From NCBI GenBank assembly GCA_042218725.1, contig JBDGQV010000061.1, forward strand, positions 1,602 through 65,601: 64,000 nucleotides of DNA, in the 5' to 3' direction. Below are positions 1 to 9,302 of this stretch, one piece after another. A program made the position numbers and the translations under genes. This DNA comes from Halothece sp. GTDB lineage: Bacteria > Cyanobacteriota > Cyanobacteriia > Cyanobacteriales > Rubidibacteraceae. The first letter of the stretch is position 1, and the number at the start of each line of letters is the position of its first letter. The notes under the pieces are model-generated. The model did no database searches, had not been told where the DNA came from, and saw only the letters and a program-made list of their open reading frames with translations.

Positions 1-630
1 CGAGTGAAGCGGTTAGCCCGGAAAGCGGGTGCCCTGATTATGTTTGTGGTGGATGCTTCCGGTTCCATGGCCCTAAACCCGATGGAGTCTGCGAAGGGAG
101 CAACCTTGCGATTATTAAGCGAAGCCTACAAACATCGCGATCAAATTGCGCTGATTGCTTGTCGCGGAGAACGGGCGGATGTGTTGTTACCGCCTACTCG
201 TTCCATGACGGCGGCTCGTCGTCGCTTAGCGGAACTTCCCTGTGGCGGCGGCACGCCCTTAGCCCACGGTTTGGCGCAAGCCGTAAGAGTGGGGTGTAAT
301 GCCAGACAGAGCAAGGATATTAGCCAAGTGGTGATTGTTGCCATTACCGATGGTCGCGGGAATATTCCCTTAGCGCGATCGCTGGGTCAAGGGGGATCAA
401 CGGAAGCGCCACCCGATCTCAAACAAGAACTGCTGGAGATTGCGGCAAAAATTGGCAGTTTCGGGATGCAAGTTCTCGTCATTGATACGGAGCGCAAATA
501 CATCTCTTCTGGTTTAGCCCAGGAAGTGGCAAAGCAAGCAGCGGGGATTTATTATTACTTACCCCAAGCCTCGGATCGCATTATTGCAGCAATGGCGCAG
601 GAAGCGATGGGCAGTTCTCGGGGAGTTTGA
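1..630 (+). CDS. chlD: Magnesium chelatase subunit D, C-terminal vWA domain (5'-truncated by window edge)
   Basis: [20 protein letters not shown] (MIDAS DxSxS), [20 protein letters not shown] and ITDGRGN are ChlD/BchD C-terminal motifs; the frame is open from base 1. Confidence 0.92.
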   Translation, partial: RVKRLARKAGALIMFVVDASGSMALNPMESAKGATLRLLSEAYKHRDQIALIACRGERADVLLPPTRSMTAARRRLAELPCGGGTPLAHGLAQAVRVGCNARQSKDISQVVIVAITDGRGNIPLARSLGQGGSTEAPPDLKQELLEIAAKIGSFGMQVLVIDTERKYISSGLAQEVAKQAAGIYYYLPQASDRIIAAMAQEAMGSSRGV

Positions 631-895
631 ACGCGATCGCGACGATGGTGGCAATTTCCCTAAATACAGTTGGGTTCTAAATTAAACCATTTAAGTGTTG
701 ACAGCCACATACGTAGGTATTAAACCATAATATGATTAGGATTAATCAAGGTTGTCGTCGGGAATTTCCACGCCCATCGGGAGAAATCATCGACTGACAA
801 TTGAGGTGATGTTGTAAGCGATTCGGAGTCGGCAGGATTAATAGACTAGGCTGCACTGGGTCGCATGATGCCAATTATTGATATGGAATGAAATA

Positions 896-3800
896 ATGAG
901 CAATTCTTCGCCACCGCCCAATCATCAAGATTCTCCTTCATCCTTGCCGTCTCGGTTTTGGCAGTGGTTGAGACGCCCTGCTACATTGATTGGGATGGGA
1001 ACTGCTGTTGTGGTGATTGTGGGGGGTTCCGTTACCACTTATTGGCTTCTGCGCCGAGAACTTCCTTCTATTATTGAATCTCGATTGGGAAAATTTCTGG
1101 ATCGTCCGGTCAGCATTGGTGAATTTGAGGAGTTATCCCTATCCAAAATTCGTATTGGCGCCTCAACTGTTCCACCAACAGAGACAGATCAAGATCGCGC
1201 TTCCATTAAAGCAATTGAGATCGAATATAACCTTGTTGCCTTACTGACAGAACGTCGCTTGCCCCTCACCATTAAAATCATTGAACCCGACATCTATCTC
1301 GATGAAAATGAAGCAGGGGTTTGGTTAGAGTTAAACCTGCCAGAGGAAGAGGAACCTTTAGAATTCCCCTTTGACTTACAGGCAAGCGCGAATATTGAAC
1401 AAGCCGAAGTCGTTTTACAGCCGCAAGCCTTAAGCGAACCCATAGAAATCCTAGCTGATGTTGCCGGAGGATTAGATTTTCCTAGGGAAGGAGAACAACA
1501 AATACGCTACGACATTGATGGAACTTTTGCCGATGCCCTCATCAACATTGAAGGAGAAACGGGGTTAGACCAGTTTTCCACCCAAGCCCAGATCGCGATC
1601 GCGGATTTATCCCTAGTTCAAGTAACCGCATTAATGGATGAGTTGCCGGTTACTGTCACCCAGGGGCAACTGGATGTTGATCTCGACGTGGATATTCCCA
1701 GTTTAGACGCTTATCAAGCCAGTGAAGTCAATGGCAGGGTTGATCTCAGCAACGTTGCTGGCAGGGTTGCCCTCGATGAGAATAATCCCACGGCGTTTTC
1801 TGCTGATCTAGGGTTGCGTTTGCAACAACAACTGATTTCCATTGCCCAAGGCAAAATCAATTTTGGCGATATTCCCATTGCTGTCTCAGGAGAGGCAAAC
1901 TTAAAACAAGGGTATGACATCAAGGTAGCCGTTTCTCCCTTTACTGTTGATACACTTGTCGGGCTAGTACCAGATGTAGAAGAATTGCCTGTCCCGACAA
2001 CCGGCGAATTTGCGATTAATTTACAAGTGCTTGGGGCCATTGATGATCCGCAATTAAAGGCTGTTCTTAACGCCACACAACCCACTGAAATTGACCAAAT
2101 CAAAGTGGCGAATACGGTTGTGGAAGTTAATGCCGATCTGAATCAAATTGTACTCGATCGCGCCGAAATTATCCCTGCTACAGGAGGGCGTATTGTTGGA
2201 ACTGGAAAAATTGAAACCAACTTACAAAAGAGAATTCAAGAAGGGAATGCCATTGATTTTACAACCATGCCCCTTGATTTCCAAGCCGGCATTGATCTGC
2301 CGCTAACAGGTATTGCGTCCGCATATGCCACCCTTTCCCCTGAAACTCGCTTAGGTTCTTTCAAAAGTCAGGTGGAATTAGAGGGGACTTTCAAAAAGCC
2401 AAATGTTCTTGCTGATTGGAAACTGATTGATGCCTTTATTGACGCGATTGGCAAAATTTCCGGTCAAGGCAAAGCACAATTAAATAATACCCGATTCTCG
2501 CTACAAGATACCGCTTTGGAAACGCGGTTAGGAAACATTAGGATATTGGGCTTTGGAAATTTAGAAACGAAAAAATGGGAAGCAATTGTCAAGAGTCAGA
2601 CGGTGGCACTGGATCCAGTTATTTCGGAATTAATTGCCCAAGGAACCTTAGACCAATCAGTGGAAGCCTTAGATCTCGATATTCGCGTTGCAGGTGATGG
2701 TGTGACGCCAGAGGCAATTGCCGGTCGCGCTGATGTTACGGTTGCGGTTGACGGTAGGGCGATTGATCTAGCAGGAACCCTTGAACAAGGAATTTTAGAA
2801 GGGACTGTCAGCGCACAGCAATTACAGTTGCAACCCTTAGTCTCTGCCTTTGTTCCCCAGTTTAATGTTCCTTTCGATGTTAGACGATTACAAGGCAATG
2901 TTAGTGGCAATATTGCCCGTTTTTTAGCGCGTGAAGAAGATTTAATCGCAACTTTAGACCGCTTAGCGGGGGGAATAGATAGTGTTTTAGCAATCGATCA
3001 ATCAATCGTGGATCTGAATGCGAATTTAGCACGGGGCGGTCAACTCAACGCTAATGTTGTTTCCAACTCTCCTCTTGCCCTGACAAAATTTATCCCGAAT
3101 TTACCAGTAGAAGCCATTTTTGAGGAAGGAAGCGCCAGTGTTTCCAGTACAATTTCGGGATTGGAACAAGTGGTTAATTCGCAGAATTTGGCAGGATTAA
3201 CCGCAGAAACCGCATTAGAGTTTAGGGTTGCCGAAGGGGAAATTGGGTTTGATGGGCAACTCCAAGATGGCTTTTGGGATGCCAGTATTTCCGTTTCGGA
3301 AGTGAATACTAATTTATTCAGTCGTCCCGTTTTAACTAATGTCAGCAGCGAAGCAACAACGCTCGCCTTGCCGGATTTAAACGCTGATTTTACTTTTTCT
3401 GGGGAAGCTAACCCGATTTTACAGCGCGATCGCGCTTCGGTGAATATTAATCACGCTAATATCGATTGGGGTCAACAAACCATTGATGCTAGCGGTCAAG
3501 CTACCCTTGCCAATATTTTTACCGCCCCTGATATTGCGGAACTGGAATTAGCGGTCAATGCCGGATTAGATTTTAATTCTCTTGCTACCCAAGAGATTCT
3601 TAATGTCATTCCGGTGGAACGCCAATATTTGCCCCAATCCTTAGAACTAGCGGGACAAAGCAAGTTTAACGGTCAAATTACAGGCAAACAACTGTTACAA
3701 GCCCCAACCGCCCCCAATAGTCTTGTTTTAGACGGAGACATCCAATTAACCAATTTTCAGTTTAATGAGTTGGTCTTTGATCCGGTGATGGCAGGAACGG

Positions 3801-6637
3801 TCAACTTTGCCACTGGACAAAACATTGAATTGGCTTTGCAAGGGGAAAACGACATCATTGCAGCTAGCTTCGATCCTTGTTTGGATGCGAATTGTGTTGC
3901 CCCCTACAGTCTTGATTTGGTGGAACTTCAATATAATGAAGGGCAAGATGATGCCATTCTTGTCCTAGCAACAGGAGAACAAAATCGCATTTCAGCAACC
4001 ATCGAAAACTTTCCGCTGTCAGTCTTTCGAATCGCCCCTGCTACAGAATTTGGCTTACCAGGGTCGATTATGGGGAGAGTCAATGCCGAAGCGAGTGTTA
4101 ACTTAAAAACGTTTACCACTGACGGGGAATTAGAAATTCTTGAACCCGGCATTGGCACCGTGGGCGCCGATGAACTCGCGATCGCGTTTTCCTATCTCAA
4201 TAACCAAGCCCGTCTCTCACAGGGGCGTTTAGACGTGGGAGAAAACCGGTTTAACTTTCAGGGAAACTATAATGTCGCTTCAGGCGCAATTGAGGGAAAT
4301 CTCACTTTAAAAGACGGCAAGATCCAAGATATTCTCGCTACTGCCAATCTCTCCAGCCTGCAAGATATCTCACGATTAACCCAACCTCTAGATCAGGGAA
4401 ATGCCTCGGATTTGGGAACAATTGCTCTCGGAACGCCTGCAGACTTAGACTTAGCACTTTATCAAGAAACTGTGAATCAAATCCAAGCGAGAGCGATGGA
4501 ACTCCGTCAATCAGGCGGTATTAATCAAATTGATGTTCGCGGCGATTTAGAACTGAATGCCAATGTTGCTGGAACGATCAACAATCCCCAATTGGATCTG
4601 GCCGTTGCGGGTCGCCGTTGGCAAGTTCGTCCCCGTTCCAGTGTTTTAAATTATATTCCCTCGATCGGATTAGTCATCGAAGATGCAGGGGTGATTCCCA
4701 TTGAACAATTAAATATTAATGCGAATTACGAAAATGGCATCGGTACTCTAGAGGAAGCTAAGCTGGCTGTTGATCGAGGAACGATTGTTGCTTCCGGGCA
4801 ATTTGAAACCAGCCAAGTCTCAGGAAACGTGGAAGTTGAAAATCTGCCATTAGATACCATTCTCGAATTTGTCCCTACTCCCGTGGATGCTTCCGGCGAT
4901 ATTGGTTTGGAGATTGCTGTGTCAGGCAGTCCGCAAAATCCAGCAGTGGAAGGGGAATTTTCGTTTAGCAATGCCTCATTGCAAGGCCGCGCGATCGAGG
5001 AAAACTTTAGGGGAGAATTTCGTTATGCCAACTCTCGTTTCGCCTTACAAACCACGAATCCCGAAGATATCGACGTGCAAGTGAATGGGGAAATTGCACT
5101 TCCGCCTCAACCTGGCTTTGAAAATCGTATTACGGCTGATGTCAATATTGGAGAAAGCGGCTTTAATTTACTCGATGCCTTGAGTTTAGGGCAAATCGAA
5201 TGGATAGAAGGGGAAGGAAACATGGCTCTTTCCGCAGAAACCACTTACATCGATACTCCTACCGCTGCCATTGATAATTTAGATGTAACCGGTGAAGTCA
5301 CTTTCGAGGATGCGGTTGTCTTAACCACTGCCCTCTCGGAAGAAGTAACCATCAATGGGGCAGTTGCCTTGAGTGAAGATCGGATTCAAATTGAAGAGTT
5401 ACAAGGAACTGTCGATGAGACAGAGATCGCGATCGCGGGGAGTTTTCCGTTTTTTACACCCAATCCTGATTCCGCTAATCCTTTAACAATTACTATCGAT
5501 GACGGAGACATTAATCTGGAAAATCTATATGATGGTCGTGCCGATGCCAATGTTACTGTGCAAGGCATGGTGATGAATCCCATTATTGGGGGGAAAGTGC
5601 GTCTTTATGAGGGACAAGTTTTTATTCCGCAAACGAGTGAAGAGGCGAGATCTCCTGCCTACAACCGTTGGTTTGGCGATTTTGCCGAACTCCAAGGAGA
5701 ACCCCCAGTTACAGTGGAACTAGATGATTTCCGCGTTGTCTTAGATGAGGACTTTCGTCTGGTTAGCCCACCGGTCTATAATTTTGCCATGTCGGGAGAC
5801 TTTGTCCTGAATGGGTCGCCGCTAGATATTCCGAGTTTACAGTCTTCTGGAACCATTGTGCTAGACCGAGGAGAGATTACCCTTTTTAATACTGACTTCT
5901 TTCTCTCCCGCTTAAACGAAAACCAAATCGTCTTTGATCCCGGTCGTTCTTTGCTCAATCCCAATTTAAATGTTGAAATGGGAACCACTATCTCTGATCC
6001 CAGCAGAATTGGTCAAACGACTTCTCCCAATGAAATCCGGGATGATTTGACTCGCGTTGGCCAGTCAGAGACACTGACTGTGAATTTGTTGGTGAAAGGG
6101 CAAGCAGAACAACTGCTGGTTTCACTTGGCGGTGTCAGCCATCAGTCTGAGGCTTGTGAAGCTGGTGCCAAAGACTTTTTCTCTCCCTCTGGAGAAGATC
6201 TTTCTGAGGAAAATCTTGACCGAGAAAGCGAATGCCTGAGCAACAGCGCGATCGCGCTTGAAAATGGAACCAATCGACAATTGCTGGAATCGCCTGCCAT
6301 TGAATTAACTAGCAGTCCGCCTCGCAGTCGCAGTGAAATTATCACCCTCTTAGGACAACAATTTATTGGTCTTGCCGAACAACTGGAACAGAGTAGTACC
6401 GAAGAGTTATTACAGTTTGGGGTAACCGAATTTCTCGTTGAACCTTTGACGCGAGATGTTATTTTCTTTGTCAATGAACAAGCAACAAAGGTTGCCCACC
6501 CCCTCATCAAGGTAGATCGAGCGCGAATTTATCCAGAATTAGAGGGAATTTATCAACTCCAAGAAGATGCATTTATCGGCGTTGGTTACGACTATACATT
6601 TGGTGAATTTAAGGTTCGCTATGAAAAATTTTTCTAG
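896..6637 (+). CDS. tamB: Translocation/assembly module TamB-like protein (DUF490/AsmA superfamily)
   Basis: ~1910 aa with a single N-terminal TM segment, a long beta-rich repetitive body and a C-terminal TamB-like region ending VGYDYTFGEFKVRYEKFF. ATG at 896 is preferred over TTG at 878. Confidence 0.85.
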   Translation: MSNSSPPPNHQDSPSSLPSRFWQWLRRPATLIGMGTAVVVIVGGSVTTYWLLRRELPSIIESRLGKFLDRPVSIGEFEELSLSKIRIGASTVPPTETDQDRASIKAIEIEYNLVALLTERRLPLTIKIIEPDIYLDENEAGVWLELNLPEEEEPLEFPFDLQASANIEQAEVVLQPQALSEPIEILADVAGGLDFPREGEQQIRYDIDGTFADALINIEGETGLDQFSTQAQIAIADLSLVQVTALMDELPVTVTQGQLDVDLDVDIPSLDAYQASEVNGRVDLSNVAGRVALDENNPTAFSADLGLRLQQQLISIAQGKINFGDIPIAVSGEANLKQGYDIKVAVSPFTVDTLVGLVPDVEELPVPTTGEFAINLQVLGAIDDPQLKAVLNATQPTEIDQIKVANTVVEVNADLNQIVLDRAEIIPATGGRIVGTGKIETNLQKRIQEGNAIDFTTMPLDFQAGIDLPLTGIASAYATLSPETRLGSFKSQVELEGTFKKPNVLADWKLIDAFIDAIGKISGQGKAQLNNTRFSLQDTALETRLGNIRILGFGNLETKKWEAIVKSQTVALDPVISELIAQGTLDQSVEALDLDIRVAGDGVTPEAIAGRADVTVAVDGRAIDLAGTLEQGILEGTVSAQQLQLQPLVSAFVPQFNVPFDVRRLQGNVSGNIARFLAREEDLIATLDRLAGGIDSVLAIDQSIVDLNANLARGGQLNANVVSNSPLALTKFIPNLPVEAIFEEGSASVSSTISGLEQVVNSQNLAGLTAETALEFRVAEGEIGFDGQLQDGFWDASISVSEVNTNLFSRPVLTNVSSEATTLALPDLNADFTFSGEANPILQRDRASVNINHANIDWGQQTIDASGQATLANIFTAPDIAELELAVNAGLDFNSLATQEILNVIPVERQYLPQSLELAGQSKFNGQITGKQLLQAPTAPNSLVLDGDIQLTNFQFNELVFDPVMAGTVNFATGQNIELALQGENDIIAASFDPCLDANCVAPYSLDLVELQYNEGQDDAILVLATGEQNRISATIENFPLSVFRIAPATEFGLPGSIMGRVNAEASVNLKTFTTDGELEILEPGIGTVGADELAIAFSYLNNQARLSQGRLDVGENRFNFQGNYNVASGAIEGNLTLKDGKIQDILATANLSSLQDISRLTQPLDQGNASDLGTIALGTPADLDLALYQETVNQIQARAMELRQSGGINQIDVRGDLELNANVAGTINNPQLDLAVAGRRWQVRPRSSVLNYIPSIGLVIEDAGVIPIEQLNINANYENGIGTLEEAKLAVDRGTIVASGQFETSQVSGNVEVENLPLDTILEFVPTPVDASGDIGLEIAVSGSPQNPAVEGEFSFSNASLQGRAIEENFRGEFRYANSRFALQTTNPEDIDVQVNGEIALPPQPGFENRITADVNIGESGFNLLDALSLGQIEWIEGEGNMALSAETTYIDTPTAAIDNLDVTGEVTFEDAVVLTTALSEEVTINGAVALSEDRIQIEELQGTVDETEIAIAGSFPFFTPNPDSANPLTITIDDGDINLENLYDGRADANVTVQGMVMNPIIGGKVRLYEGQVFIPQTSEEARSPAYNRWFGDFAELQGEPPVTVELDDFRVVLDEDFRLVSPPVYNFAMSGDFVLNGSPLDIPSLQSSGTIVLDRGEITLFNTDFFLSRLNENQIVFDPGRSLLNPNLNVEMGTTISDPSRIGQTTSPNEIRDDLTRVGQSETLTVNLLVKGQAEQLLVSLGGVSHQSEACEAGAKDFFSPSGEDLSEENLDRESECLSNSAIALENGTNRQLLESPAIELTSSPPRSRSEIITLLGQQFIGLAEQLEQSSTEELLQFGVTEFLVEPLTRDVIFFVNEQATKVAHPLIKVDRARIYPELEGIYQLQEDAFIGVGYDYTFGEFKVRYEKFF

Positions 6638-6653
6638 ATTCTCTGTATATTAC

Positions 6654-7529
6654 TTATTCAAGAAATTGGAAAGTTGAATCTGGTTGACAAGTCTCCATTG
6701 TTTTCTCAACTTTTGATAGAATTACTTCAAACCAAGACTTCCAAATTTTATGTCCTTGTTCACTATAAATTGTAGAATTAACAATACTTTTCCATTGCGA
6801 ATCATCAGGTAGAATCATCCCGTAGCGATCGCAAGATAATGGAACTTCTGGAATAAGGGCATAGTTAGTATTCCTAACATCTAATAATTCGGCTTGTCCT
6901 AACAGTAAAATCCCATCGGAAATAAAGGTATTGAAACGACCTTGTAAGACACCCTGGACTCCTCTTAATCTTCCGGTTGAACCTTGTAATTTAATAATAC
7001 TGGCTTGGGGATAACGGTTTTGAACCAATTTTTCTGTCCTTGTTCCCCGCAAAACTGCAATTCTGATACCTTGAAGAGAACTATCAAGATCAACGCGATT
7101 GCGATTGGATTCTAGGATTAAAAACTGCGTTCCTGTTACAAAAAACGGTTCAGAAAAACGAACAGCAGAATTGCCAATATTTTTACGAATTGTATTTGGG
7201 CCACACTCAATATGAATCGTTTCATCTTCGACTAAACGAAATCGATCAGAGGCAGTGGATTGAAAAATACGGACTAGTAATCCTTCTTGATTAGTAACTT
7301 CACTGATGTCTTGTTTCAAAGCAGCAATAAAATCTACACAATATCCTGTTAATTGTCCATTAGGTTTGCGGTATCCGAAGGGAATGGCATCGTTGCGAAT
7401 CCCAACTTTCAAAATGCCAGTGCGCTGAATTTCTTCAAGAACAGTTTCTGCTTTTACCTCTACAGTTTTTAAACCGGAAAAAGCAATAAGAATCAAGCTA
7501 AGAATAAATGGGTTCGTTAATTTCAACAT
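6654..7529 (-). CDS. Amino-acid ABC transporter substrate-binding protein (family 3), orphan
   Basis: Signal peptide, then LEEIQRTGILKVGIRNDAIPFGY, GYCVDF, RFRLVEDETIHIECG, FSEPFFVTGTQFL and YGMILP. Confidence 0.85.
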   Translation of the reverse strand: MLKLTNPFILSLILIAFSGLKTVEVKAETVLEEIQRTGILKVGIRNDAIPFGYRKPNGQLTGYCVDFIAALKQDISEVTNQEGLLVRIFQSTASDRFRLVEDETIHIECGPNTIRKNIGNSAVRFSEPFFVTGTQFLILESNRNRVDLDSSLQGIRIAVLRGTRTEKLVQNRYPQASIIKLQGSTGRLRGVQGVLQGRFNTFISDGILLLGQAELLDVRNTNYALIPEVPLSCDRYGMILPDDSQWKSIVNSTIYSEQGHKIWKSWFEVILSKVEKTMETCQPDSTFQFLE

Positions 7530-7991
7530 TGTTGATGAAATGAGATTCAGTAAGGGGAACGATCTAAGCTATCCCCTATTTTCTTCCATTATCCAATATG
7601 GGGAAATTTCCGTAATTAGGGAATATCGTTATACGATTTCTTGTTCTAGTTAGCACAATTTGCCTAGTGTTTTTTGCCAAACTGTCCTAAATAAGGTTAG
7701 CCGCTTAAATCAGTTATTGCTTTAATTGCCCATAGCAAGCGCGATTGCGCTTAAATTGTATAGAAATTAGCAATCTGCTATGATAATGGTCCATTTTCTT
7801 CTCTCAAAGCTCATTTTGCCTGATTGACTAGTTAAGGAAATCCCCATACTTATAGAATATGAGGTGTCCAACTTGATGCATCTTGGCACTAAGATAGTAG
7901 AGAAAGAAAAACGCACAAAGGCTTCCTTGACTGCTAAAATGCAGCCAACATTTCAAGCATATTGGTATTAATTTAGGAATCTTAATTTATT

Positions 7992-9050
7992 ATGGATGCT
8001 TCAGAAAAAATTACTGTTGGCATTGTTGGGGCTTCTGGATATGGCGGCGTACAATTAGTACGCTTACTGCTAGAACATCCCCAAGTTGAAATTACCTATT
8101 TAGGCGGCAATCAAAGCGCCGGAAAAAACTTCGCTGAACTATATCCTTACTTAGGCCATCGTTTTCACAATACCATCGAACCCATTGATGTTGAGACAAT
8201 CGCGGAACGCTGTCAGGTGGTTTTCCTGTCTCTTCCCAATGGTTTAGGTTATAAACTGGCACCGCAACTGCTGGAAAAAGGGTGTCAAGTTCTCGATTTA
8301 TCTGCCGATTATCGGTTTAATGATATCGATACTTACACGGCGACTTATAACGTGGAACGAGACGATGAAGAGACGATCGCGACTGCAGTCTACGGACTGC
8401 CCGAATTGTACCGCGAACAAATCAAAACTGCGACCTTAGTCGGGTGTCCTGGATGTTATCCTACTGCCAGTTTACTCGCGATCGCGCCGTTGCTAAAACA
8501 GGGGTTAATTCTGCCAGAAACCGTTATTATTGATGCCAAGTCGGGAACCTCTGGCGGCGGGCGCAAAAGTAAAGTAAATTTACTCCTAGCAGAAGCCGAT
8601 AATACCCTGAGTGCTTATGGCGTTGCCGGGCATCGTCATACCCCGGAAATCGAACAAATTTGCAGTCACTTAGCCGGGGTGGATATTCGCGTTCAATTTA
8701 CCCCGCATTTAGTGCCCATGGTGCGAGGAATGTTAAGTACTGTCTATGCGAATCTGCGCGATCCGGGCTTAGTCCGCGATGATTTGCTAACCATCTATAA
8801 TGCATTTTATCGGTCTTCGGATTTTGTCAAAATTTTGCCTAATGGCGTTTATCCGCAAACTAAGTGGACGGCAGGCACTAATCTCTGTTACATCGGCGTG
8901 GAAGTCGATCCCAGAACAGATCGCGTGATTGTAATGTCCGCGATCGATAATTTAATGAAAGGACAAGCAGCCCAAGCTGTGCAGTGTATGAATTTAATGT
9001 TGGGATGGGAAGAAACAGTTGGTTTGCCGCAACTCGCGTTTTATCCCTAA
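7992..9050 (+). CDS. argC: N-acetyl-gamma-glutamyl-phosphate reductase
   Basis: [47 protein letters not shown] and IDNLMKGQA motifs. Confidence 0.97.
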   Translation: MDASEKITVGIVGASGYGGVQLVRLLLEHPQVEITYLGGNQSAGKNFAELYPYLGHRFHNTIEPIDVETIAERCQVVFLSLPNGLGYKLAPQLLEKGCQVLDLSADYRFNDIDTYTATYNVERDDEETIATAVYGLPELYREQIKTATLVGCPGCYPTASLLAIAPLLKQGLILPETVIIDAKSGTSGGGRKSKVNLLLAEADNTLSAYGVAGHRHTPEIEQICSHLAGVDIRVQFTPHLVPMVRGMLSTVYANLRDPGLVRDDLLTIYNAFYRSSDFVKILPNGVYPQTKWTAGTNLCYIGVEVDPRTDRVIVMSAIDNLMKGQAAQAVQCMNLMLGWEETVGLPQLAFYP

Positions 9051-9144
9051 ATAAATAACTCATTTCTTGTTTTTTAAATCAAATATCATTTAAAATATCG
9101 ATCGAAATTCTTATTAAATGATTTCGATTTTCAGATAATCAATT

Positions 9145-9240
9145 ATTAACTTGAAAATAACCATGATTTTCGTCTGCCTTAACTTGCGATTACTACATTT
9201 ATAACTAAGTGACTGACTAAACCAAGCAATCAATTAACTA
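9145..9240 (+). promoter_or_regulatory. Putative SphR/PhoB Pho-box array (8-bp units phased at 11 bp)
   Basis: ATTAACTT at 9145, AATAACCA at 9156, CTTAACTT at 9178, TATAACTA at 9200 and ATTAACTA at 9233 are all offset by multiples of 11. They match the cyanobacterial YTTAAYYW unit and lie upstream of a phosphodiesterase gene. Confidence 0.55.
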
Positions 9241-9302
9241 GTCAGTTATGGGAATTTAATTACGTAATGAAATCACAAAGTAATCGTTAGTAAGGAGCAT
9301 TC

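Noticed and set aside
698-731. Sigma70 promoter for tamB (TTGACA at 698)
   Set aside because: No convincing -10 at 16-18 bp spacing.
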